Of a stretch of DNA of 64,000 bases, positions 14,246 through 27,200 are shown piece after piece. Numbering within the stretch: the first letter of the stretch is position 1; each line of letters opens with the position of its first letter. Source of the stretch: Callorhinchus milii. Its lineage: Eukaryota. Under the pieces are notes generated by a model. That model saw only the letters and a list, made by a program, of their open reading frames with translations. It was not told the DNA's origin and did not search any database. The DNA lies in the NCBI RefSeq assembly GCF_018977255.1, contig NW_024704742.1, forward strand, positions 55,740,001 through 55,804,000, written 5' to 3'. The position numbers were made by a program, and so were the translations under genes.

Positions 14246-15543
14246 ACCTTCCTTGCCAAAGTTCTGGAACGCAATGTTGCAGGTAAAATTCGGTCACACC
14301 TCTCCCTCCACTCTCTCCTCGAGCCCCTGCTGTCTGGTTTTTGCCCTGACCACAGCACAGAGACAGCGCTTGTCAAAGTCACAAACGACATTCTCTCTAT
14401 CTGTAACCACGACTCCCTCTGCCTCCTCATTCTCCTGGATCGCTCTGCCACGTTTGACACAGTCGACTGCGCCATCCTCCTCCATTGGCTCTCCTCCCTC
14501 ATCTACCTTAGTGAGACCGCACTCGCATGGTTCGAGTCCTAATTAACCAACTGTCTCCATTTCATCTCAGGAAATGATTTCTCCTCCCACCCCCACCTGG
14601 CCACCTGCAGGGTATCCCAGGGCTCCATCCTTGGCCCTTTTCTTTTCCTCATATATATGCTCCCTCTGGCGATGTCAACTGCAGACACGGGGTAAACTTC
14701 CACATGTATGCGAATGAAACACAAATCTACTTTGCCTCCTCCAGTACCAACTCCAGGATGAGTGTAACCTTCCTGAAGCTGAATATGGACAAGACGGAAG
14801 CCATACTCCTTGGCTCCCGTCAACATTTTTACTCTTGTGGATCTAAACTCCTCAACCTCCCTGGGCTCTCCCTCAGACTCACCAAACCAGTGCGCAAACT
14901 AGGCGTCCTGTTCAACCCATAGGTGTCCTTTCTCCCTCACATCCGGTGCCTGACCAGGACCGCCTTCTTCCACTTCTGCCACATTGCCCACTTCCGATTG
15001 TACCTTACCCCAAATCCAGCTGAATCCCTCGTGCATGCCACCTCCCACTTGGATTATGCTGATCTCCCCAGCTCCACCAATTACAAGACCCAGCTCATTC
15101 AAAACTCTGCTGCCCACATACTGACCCAGACCAAGCTCCGCACCCACATCTCACCTGTTCTGGCCACACTCCTCACACTCACGTTAAAATCCATTCACCC
15201 CGTGGCACCTCCCTACCTCTCCGACCTCCTCACTCCCCAATCCACAGACCGGCGCCTCTGCTTGACTGGCACAGGCCTCCTGCTCATCTCTCACACCTTC
15301 CGCCCCACCATGGAAGGTGATGCTTTCAACCACTATGACCCCAAACTCTGGAACACTCTCACTCAATTCCTCCGCCTTGTCCCCTCCCCTCTTTCAAGTT
15401 CCGCCTGAAAACTTTCCTCTTCGACCCTGCTTATGGCTGCCTACCCCCTCCCCCTGGCTCGGAGTCAGGCCCCACCACTGTTAAGCGTTCTGAGACGTTA
15501 CCCTGCATGGAGGGTGTTATATAAGCGCAAGTTGTTGTTGTTG
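14246..15543 (+). mobile_element. 5'-truncated, degraded L2 LINE (RT and C-terminal part)
   Basis: Degraded motifs LAKVLE, GVSQGSILGP, HMYANETQIY, LIQNSAAHIL, KLWNTL; ends in the stem-loop and a (TTG)n tail. Confidence 0.9.
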
Positions 15544-15809
15544 TATGTGATTCCAAATATCATACTCGAAAGATGCTGCTTAATTTCTGTAGTTGATGGC
15601 TACACTCACAATTAAAAGCCATTCATTTTTGAGCCAAGGAACATGAGAGAAATTGTTCTTTTCAAATCAGCACTTTCAATCATGTGTAACTGTAAGATTC
15701 TTTTCCTACACTGTTCTCATGTTTTTCTTTACCAACACCAGCCCGTCACTTCTCTGACTGTTTCCTCACCGCCACTGTCATGTGGATGAGTCTATGATGT
15801 TTTTAATGA

Positions 15810-16185
15810 TTTGTTCCCCCTTACCTCTCTGACCTCCTACCATCCTGTTTGCTCCCTCCGCTCAACGGGCTCCGGCCTGCTTCACGTCCCCCGCCTCGCT
15901 CATCCCACTATTAGCAGGGGGGCCACTTTCTGGAACTCCATCCTCCATCCTCCATCCGCTCCCACTTTCTGGAACTCCATCCTGCAGTCCGTCCACCTCG
16001 TCCCCTCCCTTGCCACCTTCAAGACTCATCTCAAGACCCTCCTCTTCGACCATGCTTTCGATTTCCCTGCTTCTCCCCCCTGCTTTCCACCCTCCCCAGC
16101 TCGGGTCCGTAACTCTGTCTGTGCAGTGCCTTGGGACGTCCTCCCAATGTGAAAGGCACCATGCAAATTAATTTTTTTGTTTGTT
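15810..16185 (+). mobile_element. L2 3' fragment
   Basis: LRSTGSGLLHVPR..., FKTHLKTLLFDHAF and the tail gccttgggacgtcctcccaatgtgaaaggc. Contains a short internal duplication (ccactttctggaactccatcct x2). Confidence 0.88.
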
Positions 16186-17029
16186 TTTGTAATAATGGCA
16201 GAAAATGACAAGATAATGGGAAAAATATGTGGGAATTTGAACCACTGACTTCATTCTGTGATATAGGGAGAAGCAGTACAAGTTTGACATTAAAATGAAG
16301 GCATTTATTTAAGATCTTAAAACTTGCCACGTTATTCTTTCCCTGCTATTATTATTTCAAAGCAAAAGTTATAGAGGGAAAGACATCAGACATCAGAGTA
16401 AACATTTCCTTATGATTTATAGTTGCTCTATTGTGATGTGAATGTGTAAATATTTGCATTCCAGTACTGATGTGAAAAAGGGTAATCGTTTGGCAATACT
16501 ATTTCCATTGGCAAGATGGATAAATCTGTTGTTGCATAGGCGGAAATCACAAACACTGTTAATAAGATGTGTCCTGTTTCTCCCAAATGTTACAATCGTC
16601 TTCCACAAGCTCCTAAGAATGAATGTTCTAAATAGGAAAGAGTATGTATGAATACCTGAGCATCTGATCAAGTTCCTCCATAATCCAAGTCCTCCAAATC
16701 CAAATGAGTGAATTCTGAACTGGAGCAGGATGGGGGGATGTGGGCAAGAGAGAGATATTGCTTCCTTATTTTGACAGACATTTGGAAATGTAGTACCAAT
16801 AAACAACCAAGGGTCAGAAACATACCTCCTTCCCTCCTTAGACAATGGGAAAGCTGCACATGCAACTCTGATGGATTGTCACAGATCAAAGTTTTGCTAT
16901 CACAAAATCACAAGATGATTGGTTTGGATGAAGAAGGCCCTACGGCCCATCTGATCTCATCCCTCCAGAACACCCACCCTACTGTCCCTCCATCATTGCA
17001 TCAAGTGTCCTGGCCTCTACCACCTTCAA

Positions 17030-18800
17030 CTGAGTTTAGTAATATAGCCCAGCATCCTGATTGCCTTGTTTATTGCTGGCTCATATTGTTTTAATATAGT
17101 GAGTGATGAGTCAACTAACACCCTAGATCTCTTTCAGCTTCCCCCTTGGCAAGTTCACTCATGCATGGAGTACTTGTGTTTCCTATTCTTGGATCCGATA
17201 ATACAGTACCTTGCATTTATCTGTGTTAAGCTTAATTTGCCAGTTAATGGCAAATGCAAATACCCTATCAAACTCTCTGTGAACAAACTGTCTTTGATAT
17301 CCTGGAGTCAAAGGTGGAGGCAGAGAGATAGAGTTGGGTGTCATCCGCATACATGTGGAAATTAACCCTGTGGCTGTGGATGGCATCACCTAGCAGGAGC
17401 AGATAAAGTTGCCAGGTTTAGTTTTGTCGCTGTTCTTGAAAAAGGGAACAATATTTGCTTGCTTCCAGTCCGTTGGAATCTGCCCAGTCCTGATTGATTC
17501 CCTCATGATATTTGTCAGTGCTGCACAAAACTCCTGCCTTGACTCCCTAAGTATCCTGGGTTACAGTTCATCCATTCCAGGGGATTTGTTAGTTTAAGCA
17601 CCTTCTGGCTCCTTTAATTAAAGTCCTGGAGCTCAACCAATGTTTGCTGGCTGTTTGGGGGATATCTCCGAGGCAAACCTCCAGAAAATAGTCATTTAAT
17701 AAGTTTGCTATCTCCTGCTCATTCTCTTTTTCAACCCCATTTGAGTTCTTTAGAATTTTAACATGTTCCCTGTTTACACTCTTACTGTTGTAATATTGAA
17801 ATAATTTGGGGGAGTTAAGTTTTGTATTTGTTGCTATGTCCCTTTCCAGTTCTCTCTTAGGTTCCTTAATCTAATTTTAACATTGTGAAGTCCTGTAGCT
17901 CAGTGGTTAGAGCACTGGCCTCACGAGCGAGAGACCTGGATTTGATTCTCGGCAGGGCGAAATTGTGGGCAAGTTTCCTTACACTACACACCTGATAATA
18001 ATCCTTCAAGAAAAAAAACAATAATAAATTGGTCACTTCCATCCAAGACTGTTTGTGGGACATTGCTATGCGCAATTGGCTGCCGCGTTTCGCCCATAAA
18101 AATATACAGTCAATTCACTTTACAGTATATTCTGTGAAGCGCTTTGAGATGCCTAGAAGACGTGAAAAGCGCTATATCAAATGCAAGGATTATTATAACA
18201 TCTTGCAGTACAGTCTTGTATTTGACTCAATGGTCACCCTCTCCTTTCTCCCTGCATTTTTCCCACAAAATTTACAGTCAATTCACTTTACAGTATATTC
18301 TATGAAGCACTTTGAGATGTCTTGAAGATGTGATAAGATGCTATATCAAATACAAGGATTATTATTATTATTACAAGCTTTATAAATCTTCCCTTTCTTC
18401 TTTATCTTCATGTTTTATTTTCCTATTGATCTATTTTGGTGTTTTTTTGTTTATTTTGCCCTTGTTGCATTTGGATAGACACTTATCTTTCATACACTGC
18501 ATAGTGTTCTTTAGGGATGCCCATTTATCCTCAACTAATATGGGCTTGAGTAACATCTCCCAGTCTATGTCTCTTAGCTCAGCTCTCATACCGCTGAATT
18601 TCCCCACCTAAAGTTGTATACCAGAGTTTGGTTATGTGTTTGAGCTTTTTCCCCAAGTGAAACTGAAGTTTACTGAGCTGTGATCACTGTCCCCTAGTAG
18701 ATCAACTCCTTCCACTTCTTGAACAGTGTCTGGGTCACTGACTGAAACTAAGTCAAAAAGGAAACTACCCCTTGTGGGCTCCTTGACACACTGAGCTATG
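17030..18800 (-). mobile_element. Degraded CR1-clade LINE relic, interrupted by SINEs (17887-18372) and carrying an L2 patch (~17300-17405)
   Basis: Minus strand gives GDSDH (EN), PTDWKQANIVPFFK...KPGN and NWQIKLNTDKCKVL (CR1-type RT). Confidence 0.82.
17887..18196 (+). mobile_element. Full-length tRNA-derived SINE, followed by a second partial copy (18255-18372)
   Basis: Same head, core and tail as 13918-14244. Confidence 0.92.
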
Positions 18801-19329
18801 GCTCTGTAAAGATGTCAGAGATTACTCACATATGACCTTCATAAATTTACAGGGAAATCGACGCATACTATGATAAATAGCAAACCAGTTACTAACCTTC
18901 TTTGACAAAAAACAGACATCGCACAAGAGTAGCATAACAAGAATGTCAGCCTCCTCTAAAAAAGGCCATAAAAGAATTCCCTTTGTTGCAGTAAGTCGAG
19001 CCACTGATACTTGCCGTAACTGAAGCAATTATTTTTCATTGTGCTGAAGTCGCTGTTATATGTGCACTTACAGACTTTGTCCCTCTGCACATAAGAATCA
19101 ATTCAACAATATTTCTTCCATCTCTAATACCACCTTCTTGCACTTTTGGAACATTGGCTATCCGTGTCCATACATAATATATAATCCTTGCATTTAATAT
19201 AGAGTTTTATCATGTTGTTAAAACTTCTCACTCCCTTTGCTATCTGTCTTGGGCCTTGAGACATCCCCCCTCCTCCCAGGGCTAAACAAATGTAATTTTG
19301 TTGTTGTTGTCTTCAAGTCTAATCATAAA

Positions 19330-19766
19330 TAATAATAATCCTTGCATTTCATATAGCACCTTATCACATTGTTGAGATGTCTCAAAGAGCTTCACAGGAT
19401 ATACTGTAAAGTGGATTAACTGTGTATTTTGTGGGTAATACGTAGTAGGCAGTTGCGCACAGCAGTGTCCCACAAACAGCCTTGGATTGAATGACCAATT
19501 CTATTTGAGGTATTGATGGCCAGGACATCAGGAGAAAGCAACTCCCTTCTCTTTTCAAAAAGTACCACAAGATCTTTAGCATCCACCTGAACTTGGTTTA
19601 ACTTCTCATCTGAAGGATGGCATCTCCAACAATGCAAACCTCCCCACCCCCCTTCCACCCAGCACTGCGCTGGCGTGTCATTTTATTCCAAGTCCAGACA
19701 AGGTACTTGAATCCACAACCTTCTGACTCAGAGGCAAGAATACTACCATTTGAGCCAGGCTGACAC
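19330..19766 (-). mobile_element. Long Deu-domain SINE (other copies: 20640-20955 -, 23940-24362 -, 28455-28800 -, 29640-30020 +, 34416-34830 +, 60985-61270 -, 6130-6350 -)
   Basis: The reverse complement matches 52433-52871 along its length. Confidence 0.85.
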
Positions 19767-20974
19767 ATGCTTAAAATCTACCTCTTCAACGACAACTATG
19801 GTTACCTCCACAATCACCCTTATCCGCTGCTCAGTATACCACCCATCACTGTAAAGGACTCTGAGATGTTATCCTACATGAAGAGTGCTACATTAATGCA
19901 AGTTGTTATTATTGTTGCATATGTGGTAATTTGCTGTGGGCTGGTAAAGGTGATTTCCATTATAGACACATGTTATGAAACTACACTAAATGTACCTTTC
20001 ATGCGGAACAATACCACAATAGTTTTCAGTTTGAATATGAGTTATAGTTTGATTTTTTTCCATAATATATAAGCCTTTCATACAATTATAATTCTTTGCC
20101 TTCAATTTGGAAAGCTTTCACCTGTCTGATATTTGATGCTGCTTTGTACCCAAATTGCTATTGCACATATATTTATATTTCAAAGCTCAATTCATGCGGT
20201 AGGTAGAATGTAGTCATGTGAATTCCAGACTGCATTGCTCATTATTACCATAAAACTGTAAACGTATGCACTTTCTATTTGATAAGGTCACAGCTGGTGA
20301 TTATATTGTACCTTAGATGTTAGACATTTCTGTTAAAACTAGTCATGAATGTTAAATTACTCTCATGGTCCTATTAAATGCCAGCTAAATCCCAATAGGA
20401 ACGTCATTTTTTTTTCAATGGATTACTTGTCATTGTTACCATAAATCACTGAAATGTTTCTGTTCAGTTGCTCAGTTTCTTATTTCTGTGGTTGGAACAC
20501 TGTGGTCACTCCATTAGGCCACTAGGGCAAACCAATAAGCTTTTTCTCTTCCTCGTTATGCTGCGTTGTCACCTTACATTGAGACTTTGAACTCACAATC
20601 CAGGCTGACAATCCAAAACAGTGCTTGGGTTGTGCTAAATTAATAATCCTTGCATTTGATATAGTGCCTTATCATGTCTTCAAGACGTTTCAAAGCGCTT
20701 CACAGAATATCCTGTAAAGTATATTGACTGTATGTTTTGTGGGCAAAATTTATTAGAGATCCCATCCTTCGAATAAGATGTTAAAACCTAAGTCCTTTAC
20801 TTTAACATCTCATGGGTCTTCCGACAAGGCATCACTCACCCAATTCTGCATTAAAGTATCAGCCTAGATGGTGAGTTCAAAGTCTTGAGGTGAGGCTTAA
20901 ACCCACAATCTTTTGACTCAGAGATGAGAGTGCTACCAACTGAGCCAGGCTGACATTTATTTTAAACTTTAAGA

Positions 20975-21256
20975 TTGCAAAGAACAATGGAAACTTTAGG
21001 AGTAAAATCAGAACGCATTTTTTCACACAAAGAGAAGTGGAAATTTGGAGCATTTTCCCCCAAACGGCTGTGGACACTGGATCAATTGAAATTGGAAATT
21101 TTAAGACTGAGGCTGATAGATTTCTGTTAGGTCAGGGTATCAAGGGATATGGAGCAAAGGCAGGCAAATGGAGTTGAGGTACAGATCAGCCATGGTCCAA
21201 TACAATGCTGAAACAGGCTCAACAGGCTGAATGGACTACTCCTGTTCCTATATTCC
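20975..21256 (+). mobile_element. CR1 3' end
   Basis: FFTQREVEIWSIFPQ...FKTEADRFL followed by the typical ggctgaatgg...cctgttcctat 3' end. Confidence 0.82.
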
Positions 21257-24200
21257 AGATTAAAACTGAATTTAAGACTTCTCCTTAATTCTGCATGATT
21301 TTAAGTTTTAAGATAAAATGGTCTTCCAAACTAAGACTAGGTGAAATTTTGGGCTTGCATGCTTTATTTGCTATTCATTATCTCTTATAGTGGACACCAG
21401 GCTATGGGACTTGGCACCTTCTGTATTGTATATTGGAATTTTAATTTGTGACATTGCTTAATAGGATATCTTAATAAAGTTTTGCAAGTAGTGAATCCTT
21501 CCTGTTACCAGAAATACAATATACCAACCTGGGGAATTTTTACAAGTCCTGTAAGAAATACTGTAAATTAGAGTCCAATAAATAACAAACAAGGAATCAA
21601 CTTATTGTTAACAGATATTGTAAACACCAGAGCTTCAAAGCTTCACTACTCATGTCTCTCAGAATCTTTCTTGTTCATCATCATTATGTTTTCCATTGCA
21701 AATCTTTTTTTTAAACTTTTGTTTAACGTTTCTTTAAATTCATGCTGGTCTAATGGGACAGCATCAAATCAAAATTGGAAAGAAAGGAAAGTTCATTGAT
21801 TGTAACTGGGAAAAGATTTTATCATGTTTAAATCTATTACCTGGAACTAACTGAAAAAAGTTCCTGTAGAAACTATAAAGGGCTGTAAAGGGATCACTTA
21901 ATAGGAGGTATGAAAGTGAAAGAGAAGTTTTGCAAGAGTGGAATTGAAATGCTTTAGGTCCATCAATCTGGGCACTGATATATTTGAAAAGCTTGCAGTA
22001 TGCTACACTATTTTCCCATTGTTCGCCTACAAAATACACAGTAATTACGTTTTACCATAAATCCTGTGAAATAATAAATCTTTGCATTTGTTATAGGACC
22101 CTTCACTTTCATGTTGGCATTTATATAGCCCCATCACATAGGATAATGTCTCGGAATCTTCACAATGGCAGAATTGATGTAATCTAAGAGGAAGAAGAAG
22201 GGAAATGACTATAGGTGTGGTGGAAGAAGTAGGTTTTAAGGTGGGATTTGAATATAGATAGAGAGGGTTTGATGCAGAGGGAAAGAGGCAGGGAGTTCAA
22301 GAGGACTTGGTGTGAAGGAGCAGGGGACACCCTGCAGGCAAGTGTTAGTCAGAGCTTCACAGGATTTATTGTTAAGTTTGTTAAGTGTAGTGACTGTGAA
22401 TTTTGTGAATGCAGCAGTCAATTTATGCTCTGCACTGTCCAACAAAACAGCTTTGAGATGTCCTGCTGATGTGAAATGTGCGATATCTTATTATCAATGG
22501 CTTGGTGATGGTTTGTGGAAAGGATTATCACATTACCTTTGCAAATTGATAGCATAGAAAGAGGACATTATTATTTATTATTTATAAATGTATTACTCCA
22601 CAGGATTTTTCTGTAAAGCATAATTACTCCATATTCATCAGAACCTCTAGTGAAGTTCTAATAAGGGCATGATATTGAAAAATCAAATTGAGATGAAATT
22701 TGTGAAGTTTTATAATGCATTACAAAGTGATTTAAAACACTGCAATTTTACTCCTTGTCTTTTTATTTTTGATGCTAACTGACCTGTTGCCCAGCATTTT
22801 CTGTTTTAATCAACAATTACAGTATCATACATTCAATCCAAAATCTTTCACTCATTAATACCGACAATACATATTTTGATAAGCAAGCCAGCAGCACTTT
22901 GCATCATTCTCAATTAATTCCTAAAAATGCAACAAAATGATATTTCCTGTGCAATTTGCAACCTTTTTGCCATGCTCATGTCAATACATATGCATTAAAG
23001 GCTTATCCATGCTTCCAGTACCTCAGACAATCATTGTAGAGGTCAATATGGAGACCTAATGCTGTGGTAGACTTTCAAATATGTTTAGAGTGTATTGGCT
23101 GATGGTTATAGATGTCATTGTCATTCAGGACATGCAGGCAGCCTGCATATCCTGAAACTATGTAAACTTCCAGCCAAATACAGAATTGCTGATGTACCGC
23201 AACAGAACTGATGCTATCACATGTCTGAAGCTGATAGGATGCAACAACCATCAAAATTAGTTAGAATTCACAATCGTTCTTTTGTATAATAATTCAAAAG
23301 CAGATTTGTATTCAAACAAAACAGGAAATGTGACTGAAGTTTGCTGAAACTGTACCTGCCTTGTGCTTGTTTTGTGGTTGTTGCTCTTCCTGCTGCACGT
23401 AAAATTGATGTTGTGTGGTTGTCTCCAATCTAATTTATGTGTACGTGTCTTTGGGCAGAAAGTAACAGAATGGGGGTCATTCAGCCATAAATCCAATGAA
23501 AGAAATACACCAGATCATAGATTTTTATCTCATAATCACAGAGTGACTTTAGTACCCTTGGCTGTCAATTCAGCCAGAAAATTTCAACTTCATAATTGTT
23601 TTTAGAGCTTCAATTCATACACTGTAATGCTGATTTGTTCCACTCTATTCTATTAGAAGCCTAAAATATTATTGCACAAAAGGCCATTTGTCTCATATCA
23701 TTTTTTGCTTCACCTTTTCAGATATTTATCTAATTCCCGCTTGAAATCTGATATGGATTCTGCCTACCCCACATTCCAAATCTGCCTTCCCATGTCCTAG
23801 TAATCCTCTTGGATACAAAATGTTCTCTTATCATCTCCCTTTGTTCTTTTCATAATTACCTTAAATCTATGCCATCTAATCCCTGACTCACCAACCATGG
23901 AATAATGTTTCCCTGTTTATGGAATCACAGTAATTAAATAATAATATTTCTTACATTTCATATGCACTTTTGGCCTCAGAAGAGTGTCTCGAAGCATTTC
24001 ACATATTGTAAAGCGTAGCAGTTGCATTTTTTAGGCAAATGCAGCAACCAATTTGTGCATAGCAATGTCCCACAAATAGCCATAACATGAATGATCAATT
24101 TTATCCTGGGGGGTTTGTTGGCCAGCACACCAGAAGAAACTCCCTCCTATTTTTGAATAGTACCATGGGATCTTTAATGTCCACCTGATGAGGTAGACTG

Positions 24201-27200
24201 GGCCTCAGTTTCAATCTGATCTGAAGGACACACCTCCAACAGTTCAGCACATCCCCTGCACTGCAGTATCAGCGTAAACTAAAGGAGTTCAAAGTCCCAA
24301 CTTGGGGCTTGAACTCACAACTTTCAGAGATGAGATTGCTACCATCTGAGCCAGGCAGACACACAGTACAGCAAGCAACAGCAACAGCTTCTTCACTTGA
24401 TGGTTTACTAGCTCCAATCCATCCCTCATCTCACGCTGCACTTTATGGCTTCACCACACTAAGGTTAGGTTTCTTCAATTTTCTCCTCACTGCTCTCCAT
24501 GACTTCATTCTTACAAATCATCCAGAATTTCATCACTCCAGCACTACAAAATCTCCACCCTTCCATCATCCTTGCATTGATAACTTATCGATCAACAGAT
24601 TGATTTCAAGATCCTTATCCTATTTTTTTTAAAAAACCTTTCAAACCTTATCTTCACTTTATTTGTGTTATCTTCTTCAGCTTCCACATCAGCTTTTACA
24701 ATATGCTTTTCTGGATAGTTTATTGTTTAAGCACCATTCCTTCAACTCTATCATCAATCAGCCCAGTCTGGAGTTGCCATGGCAGTGTCCTCTGGATATA
24801 ACTCCCAAAACAACTTCACTTTGTTACTTTTTTGCCTGCCTTTAAAAATCTCTCTTAGACCCATCTCTTTGACCATGTCTTTGGTCGACATCCTCAAACC
24901 TCCCTTCCTCATACGCAGCTCGGTAATCCCCATTGTTTCTGCAAAGCACTTTGAAACATTATTGTAATGAACAACAACTTGCATTTATAAAACACCCTTT
25001 GTCGTTTTCAATAGTAACAAAAGTCTAAAATAGTAGAAATACATAATTTTGAAGATATTTTCCAACATTTGCACAAAAACTATCCAAATACCATCTCTTT
25101 TTTTCTTGCCGATTACACCCTGTGGAGCCTGCAGCACAAAACAAGCAGATTCTGACAGAGCTGACAAAAATAGGGCTTCAAACTGTGCACAATGTGTTCA
25201 TCCTGCCTTGATATTCTTCCACATTAGAAGTTCGGCAATCCACGTCAACATTAGAAAGAAAATCTATTTTATTTATTATTTTTGACATGCAACTGAAGAA
25301 AAAAAAGCCGAAAAGGAAAGAAACAAAAAAAATGAACGTGCATATGATTTGAATCTGAGATAAACACAGAGTGGTTCAAGACACTATTGGCACAACTCTA
25401 GGTAATCTGCCAGATGGCAAAGCCCTGGTGCCAAAAAATACAGGTCATTAGAGGTTGGTAGGAAGAGCCTCTTTATTTCTTGCCAGGGCCTTCAGTATGT
25501 TTGGAACTGTCTGTGGTAATGCTTAGCACGGGGCAGAGTATAACAACAATTTAATTTGCAGCAATTTACTAATACAGCAGAAGCTCCTAGTCCCAAATAG
25601 CAACTCCTGATGGTAATTGAATGTGTGTTACACTGACCCATAGGAACTCTGCTCAACACCATCTACATCCAGTCACTGCAGTTCCAGTTGCTTGGCATAG
25701 CTCACTTTCTTCCAGTTTCTGCCACTCCAGTTAGGGACTGTCACAAGTTAGGCTCCAATATTAAATGGTATAGAATAAACTCTGGGATGAAAGCAGTAAT
25801 AAAATATAATAACGCTTGCAGTAGATATCACATCGTTCTTCCACATCAGGGGAATATCTCAAAGCATTTCACTACACCGTGTGTAATTTGTATAAACACA
25901 TTACTGCATTGCTCAATGTAAAATACAGGATAAACTGTACAGTGTGTATTTTGTAGACATAAAGATTCTCATGACGACCTGGCTGGAAAGTGATTTAACT
26001 GCATAAACACAACCACTGAGGATGGTTGTACTTCATGGCCTGATTTTACTGATTGAGAATTAGCAGGATTCATTTCATAGGTGACATTAGTTACCAGTTT
26101 TCAAGTCTCTCCACGTACTGAACTTCATGTTTGACGTATAATCCCAGTGAATTTCACTGTACCTTCTCCACAGCTCTACATTCTACAGTAAGGCTCCCAA
26201 ACCCGCACACAATGCTCTAACTGTGGTCTAAAATGAAACGTGAAGCGAGTAAAATGGGGCTTCAGTTACCCACTCACTGCTGGTGCGCTCTTCGGGTTCT
26301 TGCAGTGTTAAATTAAATATCGGACAGCTGTGAATGCTTCTCAATATCCAGCTCTTAAAACTGCAGGAGGGCTTTGCACCAAATGAATTATGTGCTCCAT
26401 GAATACATTGCTTGACAACTGTGAAAGAAGAAAAATACAAAAACTGCACTGAAATCAGATGTACTTGGTTTAATAATCTGATTTCCTCTTTTATTAAGGT
26501 TCTTGCAGAATTGTATAGTGATCGTCACAAAACAATGCAAGTGTGAAAGCCTCTGACACAGGCATCTCTAATCCCTGAGGTAAAAGAAACAGCAGTGTAA
26601 ACATGCAGTAAGTAGTACTGTGTGGTGTCAGATTTAATAATGTGACATTCTAAAATGAATGAATGAATTTATATTGAAAATAATTAGGGCTTGTCAAACA
26701 ATTAACAATAGACTAGTAATATTAATAATGCTGATAACTGCTATTGGAATTGTTTCCACTCTTATTATGCAAAAAGGGACATCATACTATTGTTTTAAAT
26801 TCTTTTATTCATACAGGAAAACCAGGGGATTATGAAAAAAGCATTAACATTAACACTGTGTGAAATTTCTGCAATACATTTATTTCAGGTTATCACACAG
26901 AATACGTTTGGTAAACTAAGCACACCCATTGTAAGTGTGCCTGATACTGAGTTTTGATTAAAAAAAAACGCACAGGAAATGTCCCAGAGACTTTCAACAG
27001 AATTACAAGGAGGGTGCAGTTATTTTTACCCACGAAAGCTATCAATGGAGAATTTGGCAGCAAATTGCATACCAGGAAGCTAAGATAATTATTTATACGG
27101 AAAAATGTTCCTATAAAGTCCACACGACAATGCCATATAAGGCTTGTTTTCATGAAATATAGAAAAAATACCCAGTGGAAAGTAAAAGCACTAGAAATCA

